Source: an uncultured Alphaproteobacteria bacterium
GTDB lineage: Bacteria; Pseudomonadota; Alphaproteobacteria; HIMB59; GCA-002718135
Assembly (NCBI GenBank): GCA_902518895.1
Contig: CABYHL010000003.1
Location: 19,789-83,788 of the forward strand
DNA: 64,000 nt
Direction of reading: 5' to 3'
Below the pieces are notes generated by a model that searched no databases, was not told the origin of the DNA, and saw only the letters and a list, made by a program, of their open reading frames with translations. Positions 9,765 to 21,628 of this stretch are shown here, piece after piece. The translations under genes were made by a program, and so were the position numbers. The number at the start of each line of letters is the position of its first letter. Positions within the stretch are counted from its first letter, which is position 1.

Positions 9765-10750
9765 TGAAATACATAATAAGATTTTTAGTCAGTACAGTAG
9801 TTTTATTAGTAGTAGTTTATTTTACTGCAGGTTTTTATGTTGCTTATCAAATTTTAAAAATAGATCCAACTTGTGGATTACACGAAGGATCCCTTCCTAA
9901 TACATGGAGTACAACAGTTGATTCACATGAATACTCAATTCTTGCACGACAAAAAGTAAGAGAAAATTTTAACTTTAAAGATTATTATTTAGATGAATGG
10001 CAAGATGTATACTTTCAATCTCGTGATTCTGACATTAAGATTAATGGATGGCTGTTTAATTATTTTCCAAATAGACCAATTATAATTGTAACACATGGTA
10101 TAAGCCCAAATGGTAAATGTAAGTCTGAAGCCAATCTTATTGCAAGTTTTTTAGTTAATAAAAAATTTAATGTTCTGACGATAGATTTAAGAAACTACGG
10201 CCAAAGTGATACTGTAAGTAGTTATGATGATTTAGGCTTAAAGTCATATAATGATATTCTTGGTGCATTTGATTTTTTAAAAAAAATTGGTTTCAAGTCT
10301 AATAGCATTGGATTACATGGAATATCTCTTGGTGCAAGCACCTCTATTTTTGCAGCACATTCAGAACCGGAAATACGTGCAGTGTGGGCAGATAGTTCAC
10401 TTGCTGAATTTAATATGATCTTAAAAGATGAAATAGCAAGATATGGTCTTACTATAGAATTTGGGCCAGTAGTAAGTTTAGCTGGAAGAATCTTAACTGG
10501 AACTGATCCAAGAGAATTATCTCCAGCTAAAAAATTATCAAATACACAATACTATTTTTTTACTCATGGTGATTCTGATACAAGAATCTTAACACGACAC
10601 TTTAATTATTTTAAAGATTATACAAATCAAAATAAAATTAATGCTGATTTTTGGTTAGTTGAAAACTCTTATCATGTAGATGCTATGTTTAAATATCCAG
10701 AAGTATATTCTAAAAAGATGGAAGATTTTTTTAATAAAAATTTAAAGTAG
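9761..10750 (+). CDS. membrane-anchored alpha/beta hydrolase
   Basis: N-terminal TM segment, THG oxyanion region, nucleophile elbow GISLG, HGDSD and a C-terminal His. Confidence 0.85.
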   Translation: MMKYIIRFLVSTVVLLVVVYFTAGFYVAYQILKIDPTCGLHEGSLPNTWSTTVDSHEYSILARQKVRENFNFKDYYLDEWQDVYFQSRDSDIKINGWLFNYFPNRPIIIVTHGISPNGKCKSEANLIASFLVNKKFNVLTIDLRNYGQSDTVSSYDDLGLKSYNDILGAFDFLKKIGFKSNSIGLHGISLGASTSIFAAHSEPEIRAVWADSSLAEFNMILKDEIARYGLTIEFGPVVSLAGRILTGTDPRELSPAKKLSNTQYYFFTHGDSDTRILTRHFNYFKDYTNQNKINADFWLVENSYHVDAMFKYPEVYSKKMEDFFNKNLK

Positions 10751-10889
10751 GCCGGACTCTAAAACTAGTTTGTACCTTGGCAGACACCTCTCTAGAATAA
10801 GAAACTCAAATAATTATCAAACGGCGGGTAAGATAATTAAAAATTCTTGGCGTTCCTCCGAAGCTAAGAAACGAGTATTATCCGGCTTA
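10748..10889 (+). ncRNA. structured non-coding RNA (IMES-2-like candidate; family not confirmed)
   Basis: GC-enriched intergenic block with closing helix TAGGCCGGA/TCCGGCTTA and inner helices ACTC/GAGT, TAATTATC/GATAATTA and TTCTTGGC/GCTAAGAA. G-U pairs favour the + strand. Confidence 0.6.
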
Positions 10890-11080
10890 TTAAGAGTAAT
10901 ATCTATCTATTTAAAATTCAAGATTTTTAGTTAAATCTGGTATAAAATTTGGTCGATTTTCATAAAATTTGCTACTTTTTATCAACATTTTACAAACTTC
11001 CATGATAGTAAGAAAAGATAACTAAACCATTAATATTTTGAAATTTGAAGAAAAATACTTACTTATGAAACATAAGAAAA

Positions 11081-11461
11081 ATGAAAAAAATGACTGATAA
11101 TAGACCATTATCACCTCACCTATCTATTCACAAAAGAGTACTTACAGCAGTATTTTCAATTTTTCATAGGATATCTGGAATAGGATTAAGTGTGGGCGCA
11201 ATATTAATTTCAATTTGGTTTTTATTAATTAGTTTTGGTCCTGAATTTTATATTTATTTTGAAATTCTTTCTAAAAGTATTTTGTTTAAACTTGTTCTAA
11301 TGATTTGGACTGTCGGTATTTTTTACCATTTATTTAATGGATGTAGAAAATTATATTGGTCATTCGGTATTGGAATGGAATTATCTCAAGTATATAAATC
11401 TGGTTATGCTGTTATATGTTTAACTCTAATTTCTAGTTTAGTTGTCTGGTATTTTGCATGA
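11081..11461 (+). CDS. sdhC: succinate dehydrogenase cytochrome b556 subunit
   Basis: RPLSPHL, SIFHRISG and YHLFNG motifs; alternative start at 11090. Confidence 0.95.
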   Translation: MKKMTDNRPLSPHLSIHKRVLTAVFSIFHRISGIGLSVGAILISIWFLLISFGPEFYIYFEILSKSILFKLVLMIWTVGIFYHLFNGCRKLYWSFGIGMELSQVYKSGYAVICLTLISSLVVWYFA

Positions 11462-11787
11462 AAAATTATGCTCTTAAATGGTTAACCCAAAGAATTACTG
11501 CTTCAGTTTTAATACCTTTGGCGTTTTGGTTTATATACTCAGCAATATCATTATCCAAGATGACTTATTCTGAAATAGAAATTTTTTTTCAATCCTATTT
11601 TAATGCATTCTTATTTTTTGTTATGATGCAATCTATGCTTCTGCATTCAAAATTAGGACTGCAAACAATTATTGAAGATTATGTCACATCGAAAAAGACA
11701 GCCAAATTTATTAAAGTATTAGTTAATTATCTTATTTATTTTATCATGATTTTAATTACAGTTAATTTAGTGAGAATGGTGTTTTAG
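11458..11787 (+). CDS. sdhD: succinate dehydrogenase hydrophobic anchor
   Basis: WLTQRITA and HSKLGLQTIIEDYV motifs. Confidence 0.94.
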   Translation: MKNYALKWLTQRITASVLIPLAFWFIYSAISLSKMTYSEIEIFFQSYFNAFLFFVMMQSMLLHSKLGLQTIIEDYVTSKKTAKFIKVLVNYLIYFIMILITVNLVRMVF

Positions 11788-13581
11788 ATGACTAATTCAT
11801 ATAAAATTATTGATCACCATTATGACGTTGTAGTTGTAGGAGCTGGAGGTTCAGGACTGAGAGCAACGCTAGGATGTGCAGAAGCCGGATTAAAAACAGC
11901 CTGTATATCAAAAGTGTTTCCAACAAGAAGTCATACTGTTGCAGCACAAGGTGGAATTGGAGCAGCTCTTGGTAATATGGGCGAGGATAACTGGAAGTGG
12001 CACATGTATGATACAGTTAAGGGTTCAGACTGGCTCGGAGATCAAGATGCAATTGAATACTTATGTTCTAAAGCCCCTGAAGCAGTAATTGAACTTGAAG
12101 AATATGGCATGCCATTTAGTAGAACAGATGATGGTAAGATCTATCAAAGACCTTTTGGCGGACACTTAACCAATAATGGCGAGGGAGCTCCTGCTATGAG
12201 AGCTTGTGCAGCAGCTGATAGAACGGGACATGCTTTACTCCATACACTTTATCAGCAATCACTTAAAAATAATGTAGAATTTTATATTGAATATTTTGTT
12301 TTAGATTTAATTTCTGATGATCAAGGTAATTGCATTGGTGTGGTAACATGGTGCTTAGAAGATGGATCAATCCATCGATTTTTATCTCATCAAACAATTC
12401 TAGCTACTGGTGGATATGGAAGAGCTTACTTCTCATCCACGAGTGCTCACATTTGTACTGGTGATGGTAGTGCAATGGCTTTAAGACAAAACCTACCTCT
12501 TTCTGATATGGAATTTATTCAGTTCCACCCAACAGGAGTTTACGGTGCAGGAGTGTTAATCACTGAAGGAGCAAGAGGAGAAGGTGGATATTTAACTAAT
12601 AGCGATGGTGAAAGATTTATGGAAAGATATGCTCCAAATGCAAAAGATCTAGCATCAAGGGATGTAGTAAGCCGAGCAATGACTATTGAAATTAGTGAAA
12701 ATAGAGGTTGTGGAGAGAATGCCGATCATGTGCTACTTCATCTTGAGCACATTGATGCTGATACACTACATAAAAGATTGCCTGGTATTTCAGAAACTGC
12801 AAAAATATTTGCTGGAGTTGATCTGACTAAAGATCCAATACCAGTTCTTCCAACGGTTCATTATAATATGGGCGGTATACCGACAAATTATAGAACAGAA
12901 GTTCTAAGGCCAACAAATGAAAATCCAGATAATGTATGTGAAGGTTTAATGGCTGTTGGTGAGGCTGCATGCGTTTCTGTGCACGGTGCAAATAGATTAG
13001 GAACAAATTCATTAATCGATCTTGTTGTTTTTGGCAAAGCAGCTAGCCTAACATGTAAAGAAAAAGTTAAACCAAATTCTAAAAAAATTGAAATTAGTAA
13101 ATCAAAAACAGATAATATTATTGAGCGATTTGATAAGATTAGAAACAGCAAAGGAAACTCTACAACTGGAGAACTTCGTACTTCCATGCAACATATAATG
13201 CAGCAAAAATGTGCAGTATTTAGAACACATGATCTCATATCAAAAGGTATTGAAGAATATTCAAAAGTTGAGAGCTCAATGGATGATATAGATATTAAAG
13301 ACAAATCATTAATTTTTAATACTGACTTAGTCGAAGCTTTAGAGTTACACAATTTAATGGCACAATCAAAAGTTACTCTTCATTCTGCGTTAAATCGAAC
13401 TGAAAGTAGAGGCGCACATGCAAGAGAAGATTATAAAGAAAGAGATGATAATAATTGGTTAGTTCACTCTTTAGCCTGGTTAAACGATAAGGGAGATGTG
13501 AGTATGGGTTCCAGAGGTGTTCATATGAATACTCTAACTAATCATGTTCAACCAATACCACCTAAAAGAAGAGTTTACTAA
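11788..13581 (+). CDS. sdhA: succinate dehydrogenase flavoprotein
   Basis: [16 protein letters not shown] (FAD-His) and HGANRLG motifs. Confidence 0.98.
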   Translation: MTNSYKIIDHHYDVVVVGAGGSGLRATLGCAEAGLKTACISKVFPTRSHTVAAQGGIGAALGNMGEDNWKWHMYDTVKGSDWLGDQDAIEYLCSKAPEAVIELEEYGMPFSRTDDGKIYQRPFGGHLTNNGEGAPAMRACAAADRTGHALLHTLYQQSLKNNVEFYIEYFVLDLISDDQGNCIGVVTWCLEDGSIHRFLSHQTILATGGYGRAYFSSTSAHICTGDGSAMALRQNLPLSDMEFIQFHPTGVYGAGVLITEGARGEGGYLTNSDGERFMERYAPNAKDLASRDVVSRAMTIEISENRGCGENADHVLLHLEHIDADTLHKRLPGISETAKIFAGVDLTKDPIPVLPTVHYNMGGIPTNYRTEVLRPTNENPDNVCEGLMAVGEAACVSVHGANRLGTNSLIDLVVFGKAASLTCKEKVKPNSKKIEISKSKTDNIIERFDKIRNSKGNSTTGELRTSMQHIMQQKCAVFRTHDLISKGIEEYSKVESSMDDIDIKDKSLIFNTDLVEALELHNLMAQSKVTLHSALNRTESRGAHAREDYKERDDNNWLVHSLAWLNDKGDVSMGSRGVHMNTLTNHVQPIPPKRRVY

Positions 13582-14369
13582 TGGCTCAGTTTACACTTCC
13601 TGCAAATTCAAAAATAACTAAAGGGAAAACTCACCAACTAAAAGAACCTGCAAACGATCCAAAGAAACTTGCAATCTACAGATGGGATCCCGAAGATGAT
13701 AAAAATCCTAGAATAGATAATTATGAGATAGATCAAGAAAAGTGTGGTCCAATGGTATTAGACGCACTTATGAAAATAAAAAACGAAATTGATCCAACTT
13801 TAACATTTAGAAGATCTTGCAGAGAAGGAGTTTGTGGTTCCTGTGCTATGAATATTGATGGTGTTAACACATTAGCATGTTTAAAAAGTATGTCTGATGT
13901 TAAAAATGAAATAAAAATTTACCCTCTTCCACATATGCGTGTAGTAAAAGATTTAGTTCCAGATCTTAGTAAGGCTTATGAGCAACTGGCTTCTATTAAA
14001 CCTTGGTTGCAGCGTGAAAAAACAAATGAAGAAAAAAACTCAGGAGACGAAAAAAAACAATCACCAAAAGATAGAGAAAAACTAGATGGTAAATGGGAGT
14101 GTGTATTATGTTTTTGCTGCACTACTTCTTGTCCAAGTTATTGGTGGAATGGAGATGAATATCTAGGACCTGCAGTTCTTTTACAAGCAGCAAGATGGGT
14201 AAGTGACTCTAGAGACTCAGAAAGAAAAGAGAGATTAAAAGCAATAAATGATTCATTAAAACTTTATAGATGTCATTCAATAATGAATTGTACTAGGTCT
14301 TGTCCTAAAGGTCTAAATCCAGCTAAAGAAATTGCTGGACTTAAAAAGGCTATTGTTACAGAATTGTAA
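13581..14369 (+). CDS. sdhB: succinate dehydrogenase iron-sulfur subunit
   Basis: [22 protein letters not shown] and [12 protein letters not shown] clusters. Confidence 0.98.
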   Translation: MAQFTLPANSKITKGKTHQLKEPANDPKKLAIYRWDPEDDKNPRIDNYEIDQEKCGPMVLDALMKIKNEIDPTLTFRRSCREGVCGSCAMNIDGVNTLACLKSMSDVKNEIKIYPLPHMRVVKDLVPDLSKAYEQLASIKPWLQREKTNEEKNSGDEKKQSPKDREKLDGKWECVLCFCCTTSCPSYWWNGDEYLGPAVLLQAARWVSDSRDSERKERLKAINDSLKLYRCHSIMNCTRSCPKGLNPAKEIAGLKKAIVTEL

Positions 14370-14387
14370 TTAAAGTATAAAACTTAA

Positions 14388-15350
<963 letters not shown>

Positions 15351-15390
15351 TTGTATTTTTCATCTAATCTAACTATTACCTTTTATCAAA

Positions 15391-16575
15391 ATGAATTTGC
15401 ATGAATACCAAGCTAAAGATCTACTAAGAAAGTACAATCTACCTATACTTGAAGGCAAAAGTTACATTGAAAATATTGATGATTTAGAAAAAGATTTACA
15501 AAATATAAAAGGACCACCTTGGGTTATCAAATCACAGATACATGCTGGAGGAAGAGGAGCAGGGAAATTTTTAAAACCATTTAATACAAAAGGTGGAGTA
15601 CAAATAACAGAATCAATTGATGATGCAAAAAAAATTGCAAAAGGAATGATGGGCAACATATTGATTACAAAACAAACAGGTAATGAAGGAAAGTTAGTAA
15701 ATAGAATTTATATAGAAGCTGGATGTAAAATTGATAGGGAATATTATTTAAGTATTCTTCTTGATAGGAATCAATCAAAATTAATGATGATGGTATCTGA
15801 TGCTGGTGGTGTAGACATAGAAGATGTAGCTGAGAAAACACCAGAAAGAATTCAATATGTTTATTTTGATAACTTAGAAGATTTTACAATTAGTGATAGT
15901 CTTCAAAATAAATTAAACTTTTCTATTAATGAGTTTAACCAATTTAAAGAAATTGTTTCAAATTTATGTAAGGCCTATGTCGAAATAGATGCTTCTTTAA
16001 TTGAAATTAATCCTCTTGTTGTGACAAATGATGAAAAACTAATTCTTTTAGATGCTAAAATTAATATTGATGATAATGCCCTGTATAGACAGGCTGACAT
16101 TGAAAAATTAAAAGATACTTCAGAAGAAAATGATTTGGAACTTGAAGCTTCTGAAAACGATATGGTTTACATTAAGCTCGACGGAAAAATAGGCTGTATG
16201 GTTAATGGAGCTGGACTTGCTATGGCAACTATGGATATCATTAAACAATTTGGAATGGAGCCAGCCAATTTTTTAGATTTAGGTGGTACAGCAAATAAAG
16301 AAAGAGCCATTAAAGCTTTCAAGATCATTCAGTCAGATAAAAACGTGAAATCAGTATTCATAAATATTTTTGGAGGAATTATACATTGCGATATGATTGC
16401 GAATGGCATCATTGATGCAATTAAAGAATTAGAATTTAAACTTCCTGTTGTTGTACGTTTTCAAGGAACAAATTCTACAGAAGGAAGAGATATTATAAAT
16501 AATTCATCATTAGGATTAATTTCAATTGATGATTTTTCAAATGCAGCCCAGAAAGCTGTGGAGTTATCAGAATAG
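15391..16575 (+). CDS. sucC: succinyl-CoA synthetase beta subunit
   Basis: [17 protein letters not shown] and [11 protein letters not shown] motifs. Confidence 0.97.
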   Translation: MNLHEYQAKDLLRKYNLPILEGKSYIENIDDLEKDLQNIKGPPWVIKSQIHAGGRGAGKFLKPFNTKGGVQITESIDDAKKIAKGMMGNILITKQTGNEGKLVNRIYIEAGCKIDREYYLSILLDRNQSKLMMMVSDAGGVDIEDVAEKTPERIQYVYFDNLEDFTISDSLQNKLNFSINEFNQFKEIVSNLCKAYVEIDASLIEINPLVVTNDEKLILLDAKINIDDNALYRQADIEKLKDTSEENDLELEASENDMVYIKLDGKIGCMVNGAGLAMATMDIIKQFGMEPANFLDLGGTANKERAIKAFKIIQSDKNVKSVFINIFGGIIHCDMIANGIIDAIKELEFKLPVVVRFQGTNSTEGRDIINNSSLGLISIDDFSNAAQKAVELSE

Positions 16576-17459
16576 TGTCAATTTTAGTTAATAAAAATAC
16601 AAGACTCATTTGCCAAGGCTTTACCGGTTCACAAGGAACATATCATTCTGAACAAGCTATAGCATATGGTACAAACCTTGTTGGTGGTGTCACGCCTGGA
16701 AAAGGAGGTCAGACTCATTTAAATTTACCGGTGTTTAATACTGTTGCCGATGCAGTGAAACAAACTGAAGCAAACGCAACAGTTATTTATGTTCCTGCAA
16801 AGTTTGCTGCTAAAGCAATCCATGAGGCTTTAGATGCAAAGATTGAATTAATTGTTTGTATTACAGAAGGTATTCCAGTCTTAGATATGATTGATATAAA
16901 AAAAAGAATTATTAACAATAAAACATATTTGATTGGACCAAACTGTCCAGGCTTAATCACACCTTCCGAATGTAAGATTGGAATCATGCCTGGTTTCATC
17001 CATAAAAAAGGTAAAATAGGTATAGTAAGCAGATCAGGAACATTAACTTATGAAGCTGTTGCACAGACAACAGAGGTAGGATTAGGTCAATCAACATGTA
17101 TTGGTATTGGTGGAGATCCAATCCATGGAATGGATTTTGTAGATTGTATAAAGTTATTTTTAGAAGACGATGAGACTGAGGGAATTTTAATGATAGGTGA
17201 AATTGGTGGTGAGGAAGAAGAAAATGCAGCAGAATTTATTTTAAATTCAAAAAGAAAAAAACCAGTTTCAGCATTTATAGCTGGTCAATCTGCACCTAAA
17301 GGAAAGCGTATGGGTCATGCAGGTGCTATCGTTTCAGGTTCAAAAGGTACAGCAAATTCCAAAATTAAATCTTTAGAAAAGGCTGGAGTTTTGGTGTCAA
17401 AATCCCCAGCATCATTGGGAAAAACAATGAAATTAGCAATGCAAAATGGGAATAATTAG
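16575..17459 (+). CDS. sucD: succinyl-CoA synthetase alpha subunit
   Basis: [20 protein letters not shown] and MGHAGA motifs; GTG start. Confidence 0.97.
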   Translation: MSILVNKNTRLICQGFTGSQGTYHSEQAIAYGTNLVGGVTPGKGGQTHLNLPVFNTVADAVKQTEANATVIYVPAKFAAKAIHEALDAKIELIVCITEGIPVLDMIDIKKRIINNKTYLIGPNCPGLITPSECKIGIMPGFIHKKGKIGIVSRSGTLTYEAVAQTTEVGLGQSTCIGIGGDPIHGMDFVDCIKLFLEDDETEGILMIGEIGGEEEENAAEFILNSKRKKPVSAFIAGQSAPKGKRMGHAGAIVSGSKGTANSKIKSLEKAGVLVSKSPASLGKTMKLAMQNGNN

Positions 17460-17510
17460 TTTCCATTAGTATGATTGTTATGCGAAATGGTTTTAGTTTA
17501 ATAGAAATCT

Positions 17511-20414
17511 ATGAATGATACTTTCTTAAATAGTGCTAATGCGCCATATGTAGCTGAACTGTATTCTAAATATAGAAATGATCCTGAAAGTGTGGATACA
17601 ACTTGGAAAGATTTTTTTAATAATTTAAATGAAGATGACTACTCTGTTCTTAAAGATTTTGGAGGACCAGAATGGAAAGAACGTCCATCAAGTATAATAG
17701 ATAAAAATTACATAACTAAGGTTATAAAATCAAATGCGAATTACAATTCTGAGGAATTTAGAATATCAACCTTAGATTCAATTAGAGCATTAAGATTAAT
17801 TAGAGCTTTTAGAATTAACGGACATTTAATTGCAGATCTTGATCCCTTAGGAATATCTGAAAGAGAGTATCCTCAAGAATTAGATTATAAAAGCTATGGT
17901 TTCCTTGAAACAGATTTAGAAAAAGAAATATTCATTGATGGAAGTTTGGGTTTAGAAAAAAGTAAATTAAAAAATATTATTAAAATATTAAAAGAAACTT
18001 ATTCTGCTTCAATAGGTGTTGAATTTTTACACATACAACAAGCTGATCAAAAACAATGGGTCCAAGAAAGAATTGAAGAAGTAAGAAATAAAACAAATTT
18101 TACAAATGAGGGAAAAAAAGCAATCTATAAAAGATTAGTTGAATCAGAACTATTTGAGCAGTTTTTAGATAAAAAATTTTTAGGTACAAAGAGATACGGT
18201 ATCGAAGGTGGTGAAGCGATGATACCAGGGATAGAGCAAATTGTTAAACAGGCATGTTTGTCTGGAATTGAAGATATTATTATTGGAACTGCTCATAGAG
18301 GCAGACTAACACTTCTATCAAGTGTTTTGGAAATGCCTTACAAAAAAATATTATCAAAATTCCAAGGATCTTTAAACGATCCAAATGAGGTACTAGGTTC
18401 GGGTGATGTAAAATATCATTTAGGAGTTTCTGCTGATCGTGAATTTGAAAAAAAGAAAATTCATTTATCGCTCACTTCTAACCCATCACATTTAGAAGCA
18501 GTTAATCCAGTTGTGGCAGGAAAAGTAAGAGCTAAACAAACTTTAGCTAAAGATAAAACGACAGATAAAGTTATAGGTTTATTAATTCATGGAGATGCAG
18601 CAATTGCTGGACAAGGAGTTGTGGCCGAAACATTTGCTATGTCACAATTAAGAGGGTTTAAAACAGGTGGTACCATTCATTTTGTAATTAACAATCAGAT
18701 AGGTTTTACAACTATGCCACAATATGGACGATCAGCACCTTATTGTACTGAAATTGCAAAAATGGTTCAGGCACCAATATTTCATGTTAATGGCGATGAC
18801 CCAGAAGCAGTAGTTCATGTCTGTAGACTTGCAACGGAATTCAGAAATAAATTTAAAGTCGATGTTGTTGTAGATATGTTTTGCTACAGAAGATCAGGAC
18901 ATAACGAAGCTGATGAACCTTCTTTTACTCAGCCACTAATGTATAAGGCTATCAAAAAACAAATTACTACAAGAAAAAAATATGAAAAAAAATTAATTGA
19001 GAATAATACTCTTTCAGAAGAAGAATCTAGAGACATTGTAGATTCTTTTAAAAATTTTTTAGATAAAGAATTTGAATCAACTAAAAATTATAAACCAAAT
19101 AAAGTAGATTGGTTAGAGGGAACTTGGACAGGTTTATCTACTGCAACATTTGATGCAAGAAGAGGAAAAACATCTGTAAAAGAAAAAACATTAATTAACG
19201 TTGCTAAAAAAATTCATGAAATACCTGCTGATTTTAATGCTCATAGAAGAATAAAAAAAATTTATGGGGATCGATTAACAAGTGTCATCAACGGAAAAGG
19301 TATTGATTGGGCAACCTCTGAAAGTTTAGCTTTAGCAACACTTCTTGATGAGGGATACGGTGTTCGAATATCTGGACAAGATGTTGGAAGAGGAACATTT
19401 AGTCATAGACATGGTGTTCTATACGATCAAGAAAACGAAAATCGTTTTGTTCCATTAAGACACTTTCAAAACAAGCAAGGTTACTTTGAAATTATAGATA
19501 GTTTTCTATCTGAGTTTGGTGTTCTTGGTTTTGAATATGGATATTCACAAGTTGATCCTAAGACACTTGTTATATGGGAAGCGCAGTTTGGTGATTTTGC
19601 AAATGGCGCACAAATAATGATTGATCAATTCATTAGTTCTGGAGAAAGAAAATGGTTGAGAATGTCTGGTTTAACGATGCTTCTTCCCCACGGACATGAG
19701 GGCCAAGGTCCTGAGCATACAAGCGGAAGATTAGAAAGATTTTTACAGATGTGTGCAGAAGATAATATGCAAATTGTTAATTGTACAAGTCCTGCAAATT
19801 ATTTTCATGTTTTAAGAAGGCAACTACATAGAAACTTTAGGAAACCTCTAATTATATTTACACCAAAATCTACACTTAGACACAAATCTAATGTTTCTAA
19901 TATTGAGGATTATATTAATGGATCAACTTTCCATAGAATTCTTACTGATAAATTATCTGTTAAAGAAAAAAGGAAAAATAAAAGATTAATCATTTGCTCT
20001 GGTAAATTATATTTTGAACTTGCAGATCACATAGCAAAAAATAAAATTAAAAATCTCTCCATAATAAGATTGGAGCAGATTTATCCATTTCCTTATGAAA
20101 ACTTTAGAGATGAATTAAAACATTATACTGATGCTGAAATTATTTGGGCACAAGAAGAGCCAAAAAATATGGGTGCCTGGGGTTTTGTGAAAGGTAGATT
20201 GGAAAGTGTTATGCAGGAAGCCAAAGTTAAACAAGAAAAAATATTCTATGTTGGTAGAAGTCCAGCTGCGTCTCCTGCCGCTGGTTCTTTAGAAAGACAC
20301 TTAAGTAACCAAGAAACTATTATAAAAATGGCAACTGAAGATTCGATTAGCAAAATTATCAAATCTTGGGCAGGTATTTCAACAAAATTAAAGACTAATC
20401 TGCCAATTGAATAA
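17511..20414 (+). CDS. sucA: 2-oxoglutarate dehydrogenase E1
   Basis: GDVKYHLG, HGDAA (TPP), WEAQFGDF and GQGPEH motifs. Confidence 0.98.
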   Translation: MNDTFLNSANAPYVAELYSKYRNDPESVDTTWKDFFNNLNEDDYSVLKDFGGPEWKERPSSIIDKNYITKVIKSNANYNSEEFRISTLDSIRALRLIRAFRINGHLIADLDPLGISEREYPQELDYKSYGFLETDLEKEIFIDGSLGLEKSKLKNIIKILKETYSASIGVEFLHIQQADQKQWVQERIEEVRNKTNFTNEGKKAIYKRLVESELFEQFLDKKFLGTKRYGIEGGEAMIPGIEQIVKQACLSGIEDIIIGTAHRGRLTLLSSVLEMPYKKILSKFQGSLNDPNEVLGSGDVKYHLGVSADREFEKKKIHLSLTSNPSHLEAVNPVVAGKVRAKQTLAKDKTTDKVIGLLIHGDAAIAGQGVVAETFAMSQLRGFKTGGTIHFVINNQIGFTTMPQYGRSAPYCTEIAKMVQAPIFHVNGDDPEAVVHVCRLATEFRNKFKVDVVVDMFCYRRSGHNEADEPSFTQPLMYKAIKKQITTRKKYEKKLIENNTLSEEESRDIVDSFKNFLDKEFESTKNYKPNKVDWLEGTWTGLSTATFDARRGKTSVKEKTLINVAKKIHEIPADFNAHRRIKKIYGDRLTSVINGKGIDWATSESLALATLLDEGYGVRISGQDVGRGTFSHRHGVLYDQENENRFVPLRHFQNKQGYFEIIDSFLSEFGVLGFEYGYSQVDPKTLVIWEAQFGDFANGAQIMIDQFISSGERKWLRMSGLTMLLPHGHEGQGPEHTSGRLERFLQMCAEDNMQIVNCTSPANYFHVLRRQLHRNFRKPLIIFTPKSTLRHKSNVSNIEDYINGSTFHRILTDKLSVKEKRKNKRLIICSGKLYFELADHIAKNKIKNLSIIRLEQIYPFPYENFRDELKHYTDAEIIWAQEEPKNMGAWGFVKGRLESVMQEAKVKQEKIFYVGRSPAASPAAGSLERHLSNQETIIKMATEDSISKIIKSWAGISTKLKTNLPIE

Positions 20415-20445
20415 ATTGACGTAAATGTTATTAAGCATTTAATTA

Positions 20446-21627
20446 ATGAGCACTGAATTAATAGTTCCAACACTTGGAGAGTCAATTACGGAAGCAACTG
20501 TTTCAAAATGGCTTAAGAATATAGGCGATAATTTTGAAGCAGATGAACCTTTAGTTGAAATTGAGACAGACAAAATTACAGTTGAAGTACCAGCACCTCA
20601 TGCAGGCTCTCTAAAAGAAATAAAAGTTTCTGAAGGCACTGATGTTGAAATTGGTGGTATTTTAGGAATCTTAGATGAATCAAAAGGCAAAACACCAAGT
20701 CCTAAAAAAACTGAAACTAAAGAAGATAAAATAAAAGAAGAAGTAAAAGCAGTTAAGGTTGAAACAAAATCTTCGCCTGCCAAATCTTCACCATCTGCAA
20801 GAAAAATAGCTGAAGAAAATAATATTAAACTTGAAGATGTCACCTCATCCCGTTCTGATGGAAGAATTAATAAAGAAGATGTAGTTTCTCATCTTTCTTC
20901 TTCAAATAAAACAACCACTAACAAAGGTGAAAGAGAAGAAGTTGTTAAAATGTCTAAGATCAGACAGACAATATCTAAACGTTTAAAGGAGGCTCAAAAT
21001 ACAGCAGCCATACTTACAACTTTCAATGAAATTGACATGTCCAAAGTCATGGAAATTAGAAAATCAAAAAACCAAGAATTTCAAAGTCGGTATGAGGTCA
21101 AATTAGGTTTCATGTCATTTTTTGTAAAAGCGGTAGTAAAAAGTTTGCAAGAGTATCCAGCTGTGAATGCCGAAATAAAAGATGAAAATATAATTTATAA
21201 AAATCATTTTGATATAGGTATAGCTGTTGGAACTGAAAAAGGATTAGTTGTACCAATACTTAAAGACGCCGATCAATTGAGTTTTGGAGAAATAGAAACT
21301 AAAATTATTGATCTTAGTACAAAAGCCAAAGATGGAACGCTGACCATGGACGATTTGACTGGTGGAACTTTTACAATTTCAAATGGTGGCGTTTACGGAT
21401 CAATGCTCAGCACCCCAATAATCAATAGACCTCAATCTGGAATTTTAGGGATGCATAATATTCAAAAAAGAGCAGTAGTTGTAAATGATGAAATAGTAAT
21501 TAGGCCAATGATGTATGTTGCATTAAGTTATGATCATAGAATTATTGATGGAAAAGAAAGTGTTGGATTTTTAGTGAAAGTGAAAGAACTTCTAGAAGAT
21601 CCATCCGAATTAGTATTAGGAATATAA
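20446..21627 (+). CDS. sucB: dihydrolipoamide succinyltransferase E2
   Basis: Lipoyl motif ETDK and catalytic DHRIIDG. Confidence 0.97.
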   Translation: MSTELIVPTLGESITEATVSKWLKNIGDNFEADEPLVEIETDKITVEVPAPHAGSLKEIKVSEGTDVEIGGILGILDESKGKTPSPKKTETKEDKIKEEVKAVKVETKSSPAKSSPSARKIAEENNIKLEDVTSSRSDGRINKEDVVSHLSSSNKTTTNKGEREEVVKMSKIRQTISKRLKEAQNTAAILTTFNEIDMSKVMEIRKSKNQEFQSRYEVKLGFMSFFVKAVVKSLQEYPAVNAEIKDENIIYKNHFDIGIAVGTEKGLVVPILKDADQLSFGEIETKIIDLSTKAKDGTLTMDDLTGGTFTISNGGVYGSMLSTPIINRPQSGILGMHNIQKRAVVVNDEIVIRPMMYVALSYDHRIIDGKESVGFLVKVKELLEDPSELVLGI

Positions 21628-21628
21628 A

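Noticed and set aside
4436-10750. Genomic island integrated at tRNA-Arg
   Set aside because: No integrase or duplicated tRNA end; the tRNA 3' end faces asd rather than this block; the block includes the housekeeping gene zapE.
10745-10890. RNase P, SRP, 6S or known riboswitch identity for the structured RNA (the end TCCGGCTTAT resembles the RNase P 3' end)
   Set aside because: There is no GAGGAAAGTCC or GCCACAGAAA region and it is far too short for RNase P; there is no SRP GGAA-loop motif; the fold is branched rather than the 6S rod; I see no glycine, B12 or TPP consensus.
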